A stretch of DNA of 64,000 bases, from positions 1 through 64,000 of the IMG/VR virus record IMGVR_UViG_3300047322_000556; one strand, written 5' to 3'. The notes under the pieces are model-generated. The model saw nothing but the letters and a program-made list of their open reading frames with translations, was not told the origin of the DNA and made no database searches. Source of the DNA: a virus. Position 1 is the stretch's first letter. Every line of letters begins with the position of its first letter. This document shows, piece after piece, positions 39,188 through 48,780 of the stretch. The position numbers and the translations under genes were made by a program.

Positions 39188-41062
39188 ATGAGCAAAGCCG
39201 AAAATGTGGCGTTCGACGCCAGCGCGCCCGCCGACGAGCGCGGGGATGCGCTCGGGCAGCTACAGAAGGCTCATGCGCCGACTGCACTCTCTAGCCTGCT
39301 GCCGAACGACGCCGTGCGCGACGTCATCTCGTTCATTCAGGACGGCTTCGAAGAGGCCGCCATGAACAAGGCGATCAACCCGAACATCGTGCCTTTCCCG
39401 TCCAAGCGCTCGCGCGACGGCGAGCCGGGCGTGCAGTCGGTCACGCTCGATGAATGGCAAGTGCAGGTTCAAGGCCAGTATTGGGACCGGCCCGGCGCGC
39501 TCTCGTTCGATTCGCTGCGCGCGATGGTCGATCAGACGCCGATTCTGAACGCTGTCATCCTCACGCGCATTCGCCAAGTGCAGCGCTTTTGCCGCGTGGC
39601 CGAGTCGGGCGACGACAAGCCCGGTTTCGAGATCCGCCACGTCGATAAACACCACAAGCTGACGGAAAGCGAGCGCGAGTCGATCCAGTTGCTCAACCGT
39701 TTCATCGGCAACTGTGGGTGGGAGTTCAAGCCGCGCCGACGCAAGGCGCTGCGCCGCGACGCCTTCAGTCAGTTCATGGCGAAGTGGGTGCGCGATACGC
39801 TCTCGATGGACTCCGCGCCGATCGAGCTCGAATGGAAGCGCGACAAGGCGCTCGGCATCGACGGCTTCTACAGCGTGGACGGTGCGACCATTCGCCTCTG
39901 TACAGAGGACGGATACGAAGGCGACGACGAGGTTTTCGCGCTTCAGGTCGTGCAGGGCCGCATCTCGACGGCATATACCTTCGATGACTTGATCTACGAG
40001 CCGCGCAACCCGCGCACGGACGTGAGCGCTTCGGGCTACGGCATCTCCGAGACGGAGCTGCTCATTCGCATCGTGACGGGCTTCCTGAATGCGCTGACCT
40101 ACAACATCAAGGGCTTCGATTCGAACGCGATTCCGAAGGGCATGCTGCATCTGAGCGGCAACTACACGCAAGACGATATCGCCAGCTTCAAGCGATATTG
40201 GAATTCGATGGTGAAGGGCATCAACAATGCATGGGCGCTGCCCGTCATGGTGTCCAAGGATCAGGAGTCGCGCGCGGGCTTCGAGAAGTTCGGCGTTGAA
40301 TACAACGAAATGTACTTCGCCAAGTGGATGACCTTCTTGACCAGCATCATTTGCGCGGTCTACGGCATGAGCCCGGCGGAAATCAACTTCGACGCCTTCA
40401 GTGGCGGCGCTACGTCGGCGCTCTCGGGCTCGGATACGGGTGAGAAGCTCGCCGCGTCGAGGGACTCGGGGCTCATGCCGCTGCTTTCGCATGCCGAAGG
40501 CATCATCACTGACTACATCATCGGCGACTTTTCCGACAAGTTCGCGTTCCGCTGGACGGGCCGCGATCCGGAGGACGCCGACCGCAAGCAGAAGAAAAAG
40601 GAGCTCATTCTCACGGTCGATGAGATGCGCTCGGAAGAGAGTTACGACCCGCATCCGGACCCGCTTATCGGTGGTGCGCCGCTCAACGGCCAGCTCGTCG
40701 CGCTCTACACGCAATCGAAGCAGCCGCAGCAGCAGGAGGACTTCGGTGCGCCGGGCGGCGGTGCGCCGGGTGAAGGCGGTGAGGCGCCGGGCGACGGCGA
40801 CTTCGGCGGGCAAGGCCCGAATGGCGACTTCGGCAAGGGCGATGATCCACAGCCGGACTTTGGCAAGCCTGACGCCGTGGGCGACGCGGGCAAGCCGGGC
40901 GACGTCGCGAACGCGCCCGCTGATCCAGCGCTCGGCGACGACGCGACGGGCGACGAAATTCCTGGAGACGGCACGCCCGACGAGCCCGCCGACTTCGGCA
41001 AGCAGGCCGGTGAAGAGGACTTCGGCAAGGCGCTGCCGACCATCTACTCGCTGGAGGACTGA
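39188..41062 (+). CDS. Portal protein
   Basis: 'YEPRNPRTD..GYGISETE', 'F..NAIPKG.L', 'ICAVYGMSPAEINF'. Acidic DFG-repeat tail. Confidence 0.85.
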   Translation: MSKAENVAFDASAPADERGDALGQLQKAHAPTALSSLLPNDAVRDVISFIQDGFEEAAMNKAINPNIVPFPSKRSRDGEPGVQSVTLDEWQVQVQGQYWDRPGALSFDSLRAMVDQTPILNAVILTRIRQVQRFCRVAESGDDKPGFEIRHVDKHHKLTESERESIQLLNRFIGNCGWEFKPRRRKALRRDAFSQFMAKWVRDTLSMDSAPIELEWKRDKALGIDGFYSVDGATIRLCTEDGYEGDDEVFALQVVQGRISTAYTFDDLIYEPRNPRTDVSASGYGISETELLIRIVTGFLNALTYNIKGFDSNAIPKGMLHLSGNYTQDDIASFKRYWNSMVKGINNAWALPVMVSKDQESRAGFEKFGVEYNEMYFAKWMTFLTSIICAVYGMSPAEINFDAFSGGATSALSGSDTGEKLAASRDSGLMPLLSHAEGIITDYIIGDFSDKFAFRWTGRDPEDADRKQKKKELILTVDEMRSEESYDPHPDPLIGGAPLNGQLVALYTQSKQPQQQEDFGAPGGGAPGEGGEAPGDGDFGGQGPNGDFGKGDDPQPDFGKPDAVGDAGKPGDVANAPADPALGDDATGDEIPGDGTPDEPADFGKQAGEEDFGKALPTIYSLED

Positions 41063-41580
41063 TGACGCGCGAATTCAACGTGAAGCAGCCGCATAGCGTC
41101 ATCGAAGGCGACGAGCTCTACTTCCAGCATCCGACGCGCGGCGTGAGCTGCGCGGCCGTGCGCTCGGTGGGCAAGCACGGCGTGCGCGTGAGCGATGACG
41201 AGGCGCCTGACGGTCTGCCGGTGCGGTGGGAGCATGTACTTGGGCACAAGGCGCGCGCGCAGCGCAAGCTCGTTGTCGTGGACAAGGGCGAGGACGGCTC
41301 GATCGCCGAGGACGAAAGCGGCAAGCGCGTCTATATCAACGGGCGCATTCCGGGCGAGGCGCCGAGCGCGCCGCTCGCGAAGTCATTCGAGCTCGGTGCG
41401 GTCGCGACGCCGGACGATATCGAGCCGGTTCTGCTCGCCGCGCTTGAGGCCGGGCGCGGTTCCGCCGAGCTCGCCGCACTGATCCATCAACTCATCGAAC
41501 GCACCGCGCGCACTGAGGCGCTGCTGCTGGCGCTCGTCGCGAAGTTCGGCATTCAAACTGACACTGGAGTATCCGCATGA
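41062..41580 (+). CDS. Head-module hypothetical protein
   Basis: Coupled to portal. Confidence 0.55.
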   Translation: MTREFNVKQPHSVIEGDELYFQHPTRGVSCAAVRSVGKHGVRVSDDEAPDGLPVRWEHVLGHKARAQRKLVVVDKGEDGSIAEDESGKRVYINGRIPGEAPSAPLAKSFELGAVATPDDIEPVLLAALEAGRGSAELAALIHQLIERTARTEALLLALVAKFGIQTDTGVSA

Positions 41581-41990
41581 CCACGATCGTGTTTTTCAAG
41601 TCGATTCGTCCGGCTGACGACAAAGAGCAGCTCGGCGCGAAGCCGGGCGAAAAGCCGCAGGAGCCCGCAGGCGACGCCGCTGCTGCCGCACAGAAGCCCG
41701 CGCCCAAGGAAGCGCCGCAAGCCGCGCAGAAGCCGCAGGGTGAGCCGCGCGAAGGTGGTGAAGGTGAGGAAGGCGGCGAAGGCTTCGGCCCGCACAACGT
41801 CGAAGCCGGGCATCACGTCGCGTTTCACGCGGGCGAGTTCAAGGGCGCGGGCAAGGTGACGGCTTCGGGTGAGGACGGCTGCACGGTCGCGGATAAGAGC
41901 GGGCGCGAGCATCGCGTGCATTGGCACGAGGTCAAGGGTCATCACGACGGCGCGGCTGAAGGTGCGGCCGAGAAGGGTTCGGCCGAGTAA
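41577..41990 (+). CDS. Head-module hypothetical protein with 'IVFFKS' leader
   Basis: Low-complexity linker plus small C-terminal domain. Confidence 0.55.
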   Translation: MTTIVFFKSIRPADDKEQLGAKPGEKPQEPAGDAAAAAQKPAPKEAPQAAQKPQGEPREGGEGEEGGEGFGPHNVEAGHHVAFHAGEFKGAGKVTASGEDGCTVADKSGREHRVHWHEVKGHHDGAAEGAAEKGSAE

Positions 41991-43153
41991 TGGCGCTCCT
42001 GCTCGACATTGGTCCGATCTCGTGTGGCTGCACGAATCACGCGCTGGAGCTCTTTTCGAAGGCAATGAGCGGTGAGGACGGCTCGGACGAAGGCATCTGG
42101 AAGCCGCACGATTCGCCGTTCGTGCGGTATCTGATCGAGCTCTTCACGTCGAAGGGCTTGACGATGCTGTCCGACGTGCAGGCCGAGCTCAATGCGTGGA
42201 TCGAAGGGCAGCGCTATCAGCCGAGCCCGCAGCCGGTCGAGAAGCCGCAGCCGCAGCTCTATGCGCAGTGGACGCCCGCCGAAATGGATCTTGTCGAGCT
42301 CTACCTATCGAGCCTCTCGCGCATGCAGTTCACGCTCGAAGATTGGGGCTTGCTGATCGACTTCCTGATTCAGCGCTATATGCCGCTGTCCGATCTTCAG
42401 AAGCAGGCGACGGCGCTCGCCGTGCGCGCCGCGCTCATGGGCAAGGCGCAAAAGATCATCGAGACGATTCCGGATGATGCGGCCGCGAAGGTGGTCGAGT
42501 CCATGCCGCAGAGCTACGCGGAAGCGCGCGAGCTCTTCGGCGGCCAGAAGCTCTTCGACTCGGTCATGGAATACGGCACGCTGCGCGCGTGCGAGAACGT
42601 GCAGCAGTTGAGCGACGAAGTACGCCATCGTATGAAAAGCACGGTGCTCGCGTCGGTGTCGCAAGCGCAGCAGGGCGACGTGTGGGCGGTCAGTGCGCTC
42701 CAGCAAAAGCTGCTCGATGACTTCGCGACGATGAACAGGGATTGGCGTCGCATCGCCGTGACCGAAGCCGGTGAGTGCGCGAATCAGGGCTTCATCGCGT
42801 CGCTGCCGCTCGGCACGAAGGTCAAGCGCATGGAGATTTATCACGGCGCGTGCTCCTACTGCCGAAAGATCAACGGTCGTGTGATGACGGTCGTCGCGGC
42901 GAACGACCCGAACAAGGACGGCGACACGGACGTGTGGCCGGGCAAGACGAACGTCGGGCGATCCAGCGCGCGGCGCAAGCGCGTCGGCGACGAGCTCATC
43001 GAGCGCACGCCTGAAGAAATGTGGTGGGTACCGGCGGGCACGGTGCATCCGCATTGCCGGGGCATCTGGCATGTGCTGCGCAAGATTCAGACGGCGGGCG
43101 ACGAGAAGTTTACGGCGTGGCTCGCGCAGCATTTGGCGGGTCCGGATAAATAA
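41990..43153 (+). CDS. Head morphogenesis protein (MuF/SPP1 gp7-like)
   Basis: 'RDWRRIAVTE', 'ACSYC...NG', 'HPHCRG'. Confidence 0.8.
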   Translation: MALLLDIGPISCGCTNHALELFSKAMSGEDGSDEGIWKPHDSPFVRYLIELFTSKGLTMLSDVQAELNAWIEGQRYQPSPQPVEKPQPQLYAQWTPAEMDLVELYLSSLSRMQFTLEDWGLLIDFLIQRYMPLSDLQKQATALAVRAALMGKAQKIIETIPDDAAAKVVESMPQSYAEARELFGGQKLFDSVMEYGTLRACENVQQLSDEVRHRMKSTVLASVSQAQQGDVWAVSALQQKLLDDFATMNRDWRRIAVTEAGECANQGFIASLPLGTKVKRMEIYHGACSYCRKINGRVMTVVAANDPNKDGDTDVWPGKTNVGRSSARRKRVGDELIERTPEEMWWVPAGTVHPHCRGIWHVLRKIQTAGDEKFTAWLAQHLAGPDK

Positions 43154-43413
43154 AAACTACCTACCGGATAAAAAGCACTTGTATCTCCGAGATAAAGTGT
43201 TTTAAGATTGCTCCCACTGAGACGCAGCAAACAACACAGGGGAACGAGATGAAAAACGCAGACTTCGGATTCGCGCATCGCAAGGCTTTTCTGGCTGAAA
43301 CGGCGCGCAGCGTGGCTTCGCGTGTGTTTGGCGCGGCGCTCGGAATCATCATCTGCGGCTCGATCACTGGTGCGATGCTGGCGGCTCGGGGATAAATCTA
43401 CCGGGTAAAGTCG

Positions 43414-43863
43414 GTGCAACTCCATCTCTTCACGAAGGAAATTAGTCGCATGGGTTTCGTTTCTGCAATTGAGCTGCAAAAGCCGATCGTTCGCAATCGC
43501 ATCAAGAAGGGCGTCGCGATTTCGACCATCCGCAACAATGACGAGGCGTATCTTCAGGTGCGCATCGACAACGAGACGCTGAAGGAAGCGCGCTTGTTCG
43601 TCGGCGATCGCCTCGATGTGCTGTTCGATAAGGAAGGCCGCCTCGGGCTCGTCAAGCGCGTGAAAGAGGGCGGCTGGCAGTTGACGACGGCAGGCGATAA
43701 GGCGGGCCGTGTTCGCGTGCGTTGGGCTCCGGGTCTGCCGCATACGAGCGAGTTTGTCGAAATTTTTGACGTGACGGCCGATGAAACTGAGGGCGTCATG
43801 TTCCAGTTGCCCGAAGCTGTGACTTTCGTCGGCTCGCCGAAGTTTTCGGAAGCCAAGGCATGA
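43414..43863 (+). CDS. Hypothetical protein
   Basis: 149 aa, preceded by operators. Confidence 0.55.
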   Translation: MQLHLFTKEISRMGFVSAIELQKPIVRNRIKKGVAISTIRNNDEAYLQVRIDNETLKEARLFVGDRLDVLFDKEGRLGLVKRVKEGGWQLTTAGDKAGRVRVRWAPGLPHTSEFVEIFDVTADETEGVMFQLPEAVTFVGSPKFSEAKA

Positions 43864-44126
43864 AGCGCATGGCTGTTGCGGCGATTCTCGCGATCGTTAC
43901 TGCGACTGCGCTTGCGAAGGGCGGCGGCGGCGGTGGTCACGGTGGTGGTGGCGGTCATGCGAGCGCAAGCGCGCATCCTTCCGCCTCGGCGCATCCGGTG
44001 ACGTCCGCGCACGCTGTCGAGTCGCCCGCGCCGCATGCTTCGACGTCGTCGGGCAGTCGTCCTTTCTCTTGGTTCTTCGGTGGATCAAGAGGCTGCGACA
44101 AGTCGAAGCAGCAGGATTGCAAGTGA
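43860..44126 (+). CDS. Small secreted Gly/His-rich protein
   Basis: Signal peptide followed by 'KGGGGGGHGGGGGH'. Confidence 0.55.
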   Translation: MKRMAVAAILAIVTATALAKGGGGGGHGGGGGHASASAHPSASAHPVTSAHAVESPAPHASTSSGSRPFSWFFGGSRGCDKSKQQDCK

Positions 44127-44129
44127 TTC

Positions 44130-45140
44130 CTGTGAAGAGGGAGAGTCGCCGGACTTAAATCGGGGAGTGGCTCGCCTAACGAGCCGCCTCAGAAGAGCGG
44201 CCCGCCGTCGTCGCGCCGACGTAAAAGTGGCCGTAGCTCCGTATGTCGATAGGCAAGGGTCTTTAGCTCGCGTTTGAGCCCTTTCCGTACACAGGGCCGC
44301 TCTTCTGAGGTTGCGCGTGGTGTGCAAAGCCGCGCGCGAGCTTCGAATGACTGGCGTAACCAGTTGGGCCGCCGACCGGCGGTGAGGGGCGCAAGTCGCT
44401 TCACCGTCAGCCCGGCAACGAATTCTTCCTACGGGTACTCGCGCGAGCGAGTTTGGAATGCTGGCAGATATCCCGTTGAATGATCCAGCCCCCGGCGATG
44501 CGGGTGTAATCATCAGGTGGCCGTCACCATGAGCATCGTTAATCCTCGGCCGCGTGGCTCCCGTAAGGAGCCGCCCGCAAAGCGCATTCGCTGAGTGCTC
44601 TTTGCGGGTCTGGATGACTACCTTTCAAGACGGACCCTGTAAATGTCCACGAAGGCGCGATCAGCTCTGCGTTACATGCGACGACTGACTGCCGTAAGCA
44701 GTCATCTCACGCGAAGCATTTGGGTCGGTGCCACCAGCAGTATGCCGATCTCCCCGACCGATCAGCGCGAACACGTCATCGGTTCAAATGCTTCGACGTG
44801 AGATTAAGCGGTCGCAGCCGCTCGGAAACGTCGCGAGACGCTCCTGACTGCCGGGAAAGTACCGGCCCAATTTTGTGTGACCCGCGATGTTGGGAACTAC
44901 GACCGTAGCCTCGGCGGCCCTTTCGGGGGATAAACGAGGACGAGGATTAGCAGGCGAGTGCCTCGGCAGCAAAACCCTTGCAGCACAGCACGACTATCCT
45001 AACCGCCGTTTCGCTCTAGCTTCGAGCGCGGTCGTCGGGGCTGATCGACGCGAGAGACGAGAACGGCGTCGCGCGTTCGTTTGCCGAGTGGCTCCCGTAA
45101 GGGGCCATGCCCGACTTGCCGCCGTAAGTGGCAGCCCTTC
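44130..45140 (+). ncRNA. Candidate large structured ncRNA or ncRNA cluster
   Basis: ~1 kb with no convincing ORF, long perfect helices, six C(G/C)TAA-loop hairpins and long-range complementarity. Abuts a tRNA. Confidence 0.6.
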
Positions 45141-45227
45141 GCGTGGGTAGTCCCGTAACGGTATCGGGGGGAGACTGTAAATCTCTTGCCTTCGGCCTTG
45201 GTGGTTCGAATCCATCGCCACGCACCA
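45141..45227 (+). tRNA. tRNA-Tyr(GUA), atypical
   Basis: GGAGA-CTGTAAA-TCTCT anticodon arm, long variable arm, GGTGG-TTCGAAT-CCATC T-arm, A73 and encoded CCA. Confidence 0.85.
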
Positions 45228-45243
45228 TATTTTCGGAGTCTGA

Positions 45244-45732
45244 ATGTCTCGTCGCGTCAAGCTGGTGCTGCTCGGTGTGGTCGTGTTCATCGCGATCGCG
45301 ATTCTCTTCTCGTCGTGCAGCTCGCGCGAGTACTCGACGGCATACGCGCCGCAATATGCGCCGCCGGTCGTCGCGCAAGCGCCGATCATTCAGCCCGCGC
45401 CGATCGTCCAAGCTGCGCCGGTCGTCGTGCAGCAAAACGACGGCTTCATTCATGGCCTTCTGCTCGGGCACATGATGAGCGGCGGCGGCAGTCATTCGGT
45501 CGTCCATCACTACGATGCGCCGCGCCCGGCATACGTCGCGCCGCGCACGACAGTCGTCAATAACACGACCGTCATCAATCGCCCGGCCGCGCCCGCATAC
45601 GTGCCGCCAAAGCCCGCTTACGTCTCTCCGAGGCCCGCATACGTCGCGCCGCGCGCAACGTCCTACGCGGGCTCCTATGCGTCGCGATCGAGCTATTCGT
45701 CCGTGACGTCGCGCGCAGTCTCACGCCGGTAA
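45244..45732 (+). CDS. Membrane-anchored low-complexity protein (possible lipoprotein)
   Basis: Hydrophobic N-terminus ending 'LFSSC', with PAYV repeats. Confidence 0.6.
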   Translation: MSRRVKLVLLGVVVFIAIAILFSSCSSREYSTAYAPQYAPPVVAQAPIIQPAPIVQAAPVVVQQNDGFIHGLLLGHMMSGGGSHSVVHHYDAPRPAYVAPRTTVVNNTTVINRPAAPAYVPPKPAYVSPRPAYVAPRATSYAGSYASRSSYSSVTSRAVSRR

Positions 45733-46031
45733 CGCTCAAGGGGCATCGCATGTACATGACCGATCTATTCGAAAGCCTGAGCATGTGTATGAACGCCTAC
45801 GCGCGCGCCGCGTGGCTGTGGTCGATCGAACTGGATCGGCTTTCGGCGATGTGCTCGACGCGCAAGTAGGGCTCTGACGTATCGCGCCGGGTGTCGTTCA
45901 GCGCGTAACAGGGGTGGACTTCAGTGATGACCCGACCCGGCGCGATACGCGAGAGTCCAATGCAAGGGTAAGAGCGGGTGAGTGCATCAATATCCCGCCG
46001 CTCTCAACCCAATTTCAACGAAGGAGCCGAT

Positions 46032-46430
46032 ATGTCGGACGTGCAAGACAACACCGCAGCGCAAGACGCTGATATCGAACAAGCCGCGCAAGCCGTGGAT
46101 CAAGCCGCCGCGACGGAAGTGTCCGCAAGCGACGAACCGGCTGTGACGGCTGACGCATCGGCTGAAGTGCCGGTCGATACGGCGCCGGACGCTCAAGCGC
46201 CCGCGACCGATGCTGACGTCGGCGAAGCTGCCGATGCGGCGAAGGACGATGGCGACGCCCTGGCGGGCGATGTGCTCGACGCGGCCGAAGAGCTGATCCA
46301 TCCGGCAGTCGGCGAGCTGAACACGCTGCGCGCGACGATCCGCGCCGAGCTCAATGCGATTCTGACGGGCATCAAGACGCGCGTGCATAACGGCGAAGCG
46401 CATCTCGAAGCGCTGATCTCGCGCCTGTGA
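46032..46430 (+). CDS. Highly acidic Ala/Asp-rich protein
   Basis: AAGGAG RBS, followed by a terminator at 46522-46545. Confidence 0.65.
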   Translation: MSDVQDNTAAQDADIEQAAQAVDQAAATEVSASDEPAVTADASAEVPVDTAPDAQAPATDADVGEAADAAKDDGDALAGDVLDAAEELIHPAVGELNTLRATIRAELNAILTGIKTRVHNGEAHLEALISRL

Positions 46431-46521
46431 AGCGTTTAGACGTCCAGCGATGGGCGTCTCTCAAGTCTCTGTCCGCTTCGGCGTGATGGAGCTGGTTGCC
46501 GATCCACAAACGCGGCGGACT

Positions 46522-46545
46522 GGCCGCCCTAAGCGGCCTTTTTTT
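46522..46545 (+). terminator. Rho-independent terminator
   Basis: GGCCGC-cctaa-GCGGCC-TTTTTTT. Confidence 0.8.
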
Positions 46546-46562
46546 ACGACTATGGGGTGACG

Positions 46563-47042
46563 ATGTTTATTCGAAGTGTGCTCGCCGAGATAGGCGCGTA
46601 TTACGGCACTCGGCGCGGCGTGGGGCATACGACGTGCGCTCTGCGCGGCATGGGCGAGCGTGTCGAGGCGGCGACGATCAAGCCGCTCATGGTGGTCGGC
46701 ACGCATCAGCACGGCCGCATCATGGCCGGTCAGATCGGCCGCAATTTCACGACGCTCGGAAATATTGAAGGCGGGGCGCTGCGCGGTATCGACCGGCCGC
46801 TCGTGTGGGATAACCATGCGATCGCGCTGCTGGCGATGAATTCGTCGCAGGAGATTGAGCGCGCCGAGCGGGAAAAGTTGGACGCGCTCGCGATGGCCGA
46901 GCGAACGCGCATGGATCTAGTTTCGGCGCGTCGTGAGCTCGTGGCCGTCGAACAGAAGTGCGCCGAGCTGCGCGACGAACTCGCGACGGCGCGCGCGAAC
47001 GCGGCGAAAGCCACGTTCACGAAAAAGCGCGGAAAGCGCTGA
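46563..47042 (+). CDS. Hypothetical protein
   Basis: 159 aa with coiled-coil C-terminus. Confidence 0.5.
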   Translation: MFIRSVLAEIGAYYGTRRGVGHTTCALRGMGERVEAATIKPLMVVGTHQHGRIMAGQIGRNFTTLGNIEGGALRGIDRPLVWDNHAIALLAMNSSQEIERAEREKLDALAMAERTRMDLVSARRELVAVEQKCAELRDELATARANAAKATFTKKRGKR

Positions 47043-47046
47043 TCCA

Positions 47047-47247
47047 TCAGCCCTTCGCGCTGTTAATCAGCCATTCGATGACACTCGTCGCGGTTGACGA
47101 GTGCTTCTCGATTAGCCGATTGAGCTTGTCGTTCGTCTCGGGCTGCAGGACGATCGTGAGGCGGCGGCCGCCAGCGGCAAGCGTTTTCTCGCGGCTCTTG
47201 GCGACGCGCTCGGCGTTCGTGGTGGTGCGTTCAGTCTTTGCGGGCAT
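47047..47247 (-). CDS. Small RHH-like DNA-binding protein
   Basis: 'AERVAKSR....GGRRLTIVL'. Last gene of the leftward early operon. Confidence 0.6.
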   Translation of the reverse strand: MPAKTERTTTNAERVAKSREKTLAAGGRRLTIVLQPETNDKLNRLIEKHSSTATSVIEWLINSAKG

Positions 47248-47551
47248 GCGTTGATCCATCGGTGATAGGTAAGTCGTAGTGGGCGATCGCGCGGCGCAGC
47301 TCCGCAAGCGTGAAGCCGAGCATCTGGCCTTCGTTCAGTATCTCGCGCATGACGATGCTCGCGTTGCGGTTGATGAGGCCCATCTCGCGCGGCGTCGCGG
47401 GCAGGATGCCGTCGCGCCCGATCGGGCCGGTGCATACCGTGCGGTCGTAGGCTTCGGTGCGCTCGTGATACGCGCGCGCCAGTGAGAAAAGCCGCGCATC
47501 AGGCGGCGGAAATTCGCACTTAAACATGGATCGAAGTTCGCCGGGCGTCAC
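47231..47551 (-). CDS. Hypothetical protein
   Basis: Coupled ORF. Confidence 0.5.
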   Translation of the reverse strand: MTPGELRSMFKCEFPPPDARLFSLARAYHERTEAYDRTVCTGPIGRDGILPATPREMGLINRNASIVMREILNEGQMLGFTLAELRRAIAHYDLPITDGSTHARKD

Positions 47552-47922
47552 GGTTTCGCCTTGGCGATGAGCGTGTCGATTTCGTGCTCTTCGACTCGGT
47601 TGATGTAGCGATGCTTGCGAGCCATGCGATAGCGCGCCGCGTCGCGCGCATCAGCTTGCGCGGCATGGTGTCCGATCTGAAACGCTGCGCGCATTCCATC
47701 GAAGCCGAACGATGCGCGCCTCGCTGCCTGCTCATTCAGCCCGTATTCCGACGTCATCCACGCGTCGAATGTGCCGAACTCGGACGTCTGCTTAGCGGCG
47801 CTCGCCGCCTGCGCGCGCAAGACTGCTTCGATCGCCTCGGGCGACACAAATTGCATTTCACGCGGCGTCAGTTCGTTCCAGATCGCCGCCTCGGCGTCCG
47901 TCATCTCGTTTTGTTCGGTCAT
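47548..47922 (-). CDS. Hypothetical protein
   Basis: 'DAARYR' motif common in Burkholderia phage early proteins. Confidence 0.5.
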   Translation of the reverse strand: MTEQNEMTDAEAAIWNELTPREMQFVSPEAIEAVLRAQAASAAKQTSEFGTFDAWMTSEYGLNEQAARRASFGFDGMRAAFQIGHHAAQADARDAARYRMARKHRYINRVEEHEIDTLIAKAKP

Positions 47923-47976
47923 TGCGTTGATCCAAGGTGAGAAAGTACGGGAGCCGCATCGCACGGCTCCGGGTCG

Positions 47977-48780
47977 TCATCGCACTTCGGACGCTATCGC
48001 GTTCGGGTAGTGCTTCGCGAGGATGAGATTCATCTTATCGACTAGCTCGGGCCGCTTGAACGTCAAGTGCCCGTTGCCGTTCTTAAACCATTTGACCGTG
48101 AAGTACTCCAGCTCGATCGTGTGGTTGCGCTCCGTCGCGGCGCGGCTCAGGTGGTGATACATGCCGTTGCGGTGGTCGGGCTCGGGCTTTCCGTCGAGAA
48201 CGCTGAAAACCCGCACGAGGTCGTCCAGCTCGTTCGCGTTGCTGTGGTTGACGTGCTGCATCCAGTTGCCAGTCGCCTTGTGATACAGGAACGAGACGAC
48301 TAACCGCTTGCCGAACTTGAAGGGCTGGTTCGTCTTATAGCTCCAGCTTAGGCGCCTGAAGCAATGGATCACGCCGCGTTCGAACAGCTCGCCGCGCCCG
48401 TCGCGAAGCATCGTGAACGTCGAAGTCACGTTCGCCGCCGTAAGCTCGGGGGTCTTGAACTCGTGAACGCCATTGGCCCATTCGTCGCGGGCCTTCGCAT
48501 CCATCAGGGAGCGCAGACCCGATTCCTTCATCAGGTGATTCCAGCCGGTCGCGTCGATGCGCTTGCGCATGGATTCGATGAAGTCCGGGGCGCCGATCGG
48601 GGCGCCGCTTGAGCGGCCGTACTTGTCGCCGATGTGGCCGCTGACCGTGCCTAGTCCGGCGGCGGCGCCGATCGCGTCCGCCTCGTCAATCAGCGCCTTC
48701 GCTTGCGTGATGCGCTCGATAACCGCGTCGCGCTGACGCAGCATGTTCTCGACGCTGATGCTTTTCACGAGCTCGTTCAT
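47977..48780 (-). CDS. DUF4942-domain protein
   Basis: 'FERGVI..FR.LSW.YKTN.PF.FGK', 'F.NGNGHL.F.RP.LV'. Confidence 0.75.
   Translation of the reverse strand: MNELVKSISVENMLRQRDAVIERITQAKALIDEADAIGAAAGLGTVSGHIGDKYGRSSGAPIGAPDFIESMRKRIDATGWNHLMKESGLRSLMDAKARDEWANGVHEFKTPELTAANVTSTFTMLRDGRGELFERGVIHCFRRLSWSYKTNQPFKFGKRLVVSFLYHKATGNWMQHVNHSNANELDDLVRVFSVLDGKPEPDHRNGMYHHLSRAATERNHTIELEYFTVKWFKNGNGHLTFKRPELVDKMNLILAKHYPNAIASEVR

Noticed and set aside
44632-44648. Second tRNA (GGACC-CTGTAAA-TGTCC looks like a Tyr anticodon arm)
   Set aside because: No T-arm, acceptor stem or CCA around it. At most a sub-element of the larger RNA.
44130-45140. Group I or II intron
   Set aside because: No interrupted host gene, and I could not identify the conserved catalytic core motifs by eye. 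A cmscan is needed to exclude it fully.
44085-45510. ORFs called across the structured region
   Set aside because: No RBS or protein-like composition, and some overlap the tRNA.
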